Positions 63,070 through 64,000 of a stretch of DNA of 64,000 nt are shown here, piece after piece. The notes below the pieces were generated by a model that saw only the letters and a program-made list of their open reading frames with translations, had not been told where the DNA came from and made no database searches. Source of the DNA: Podarcis tiliguerta (Eukaryota); assembly GCA_965153285.1 (NCBI GenBank), contig OZ229110.1. The stretch is one strand, 5' to 3'. Position numbers and translations under genes: made by a program. How positions within the stretch are numbered: the first letter of the stretch is position 1; every line of letters begins with the position of its first letter.

Positions 63070-63211
63070 CTCCTTTGGCACAATGGGGGGGGGGGTGTCT
63101 GGCTGTTAACCAGAAGGATTGTGGTTCGAGCCTACCCAGGGCAGAATTTCTGCACTGCACGGCGTTGATGGCCCTTGGGGTCCTTTCCAACTCTACAATT
63201 CTATGATTCTA
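63070..63211 (+). mobile_element. tRNA-Asn-headed, CR1-tailed SINE
   Basis: TGGCACAAT..GGCTGTTAACCAGAAGGATTGTGGTTCGAGCCTACCCAGGG (tRNA-Asn GTT-like) followed by GGTCCTTTCCAACTCTACAATTCTATGATTCTA. Confidence 0.75.
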
Positions 63212-63764
63212 ACTATATCTTGGTCTATATTATGTCTAAACCCAGCAGCTTTGCTTAACCATTAATTGTTTGCCAACCCCACTCCAAGCTACAGAGCCAC
63301 AAGGCAAGAATAGTTGGAAAACAAACCAAGCTTTGGAGAAACAAGTCATGGCTGATTTGCTAATTTACAGGACAATTCATGCTTTGTAGCATTTATGGGT
63401 GAAAGCAGCCATTGTGTAGTAGCATCCAACACCCACCCACCCAACCCACAAGTACATGTGTAGTGCTGCACTTCTGAAAAATGTACTTTCATAAGCAGGC
63501 TGTTTAATTTTTATATGTTTACAATTTTTTGTTTCCAAGCCTCACGAAGGAAAGCATACACACAGAGAGAGGAACGGGGGCAAATGGACATCAGACAACA
63601 TGGTGTAAAAAGTACTTGTATCAAACTAACATCAGAACTGGGGAAGGGGGGCAGAATCCACCCACATATGAAGCAAGTGCCTTTTTACAAGAGATACAAC
63701 TATTTTTAAAAATACATTTTAATTCCCAGAATCTTTCTGACAGCTTAAGAACTTCCACAGCAGG

Positions 63765-64000
63765 AAGCATTTGTCCAAAAGAGGATGGTGAGGAACCTGG
63801 AAAGCAAGTCTTATGATGAACAGTTGAAAAACTAGGGGGTGTTTAGCCTAGAGAAGATGGAAGGGGAGGGAGGAGGAATGTGATGATGGTCTTCAAATAT
63901 ATTGAAGGGCTGTCATGAAAAGATGAAGAATACTTTTCTTCTCTGTTGCTTCCCAGGGCAGGATTAAAAGGAATAGGTGAAAATTCCATGGAAGCAAATT
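63765..64000 (+). mobile_element. CR1 LINE ORF2 3' fragment (degenerate)
   Basis: GTCCAAAAGAGG...TTATGATGAACAGTTGAA..GTTTAGCCTAGAGAAGA...GTCTTCAAATATATTGAAGGGCTGTCAT. Confidence 0.75.

Overview
Vertebrate genomic DNA, most likely a squamate and probably a lacertid-type lizard (inferred from the BovB, CR1/L2, tRNA-SINE and MITE content). It holds the syntenic block MLH3(-) | ACYP1(-) | ZC2HC1C(+) | NEK9(-) | TMED10(-), the same order as human 14q24.3. Present are the 3.2-kb first coding exon of MLH3 (the gene runs off the left edge), complete ACYP1 (99 aa), complete ZC2HC1C (524 aa), all 22 coding exons of NEK9 (964 aa) and TMED10 exons 2-5 (exon 1 lies beyond the right edge). There are three CpG-island promoters, one bidirectional with an RFX X-box. 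Introns carry many LINE, SINE and MITE remnants and one solo LTR. I found no wholly new multi-gene system. The strongest leads are regulatory or splicing oddities: a 62-bp copy of the NEK9 exon-9 donor region behind exon 15, a sense-oriented solo LTR poly(A) signal just after the NEK9 kinase domain, a (TC)15(TG)12 acceptor on an in-frame NEK9 exon, apparent loss of the S-S-P Plk1 docking sites in NEK9, tandem ACYP1 acceptors each coupled to a different upstream ATG, a degenerate Penelope hammerhead beside the MLH3 promoter, and SINEs with different tRNA heads on CR1-type tails. Homology calls are from recognition, not database searches.
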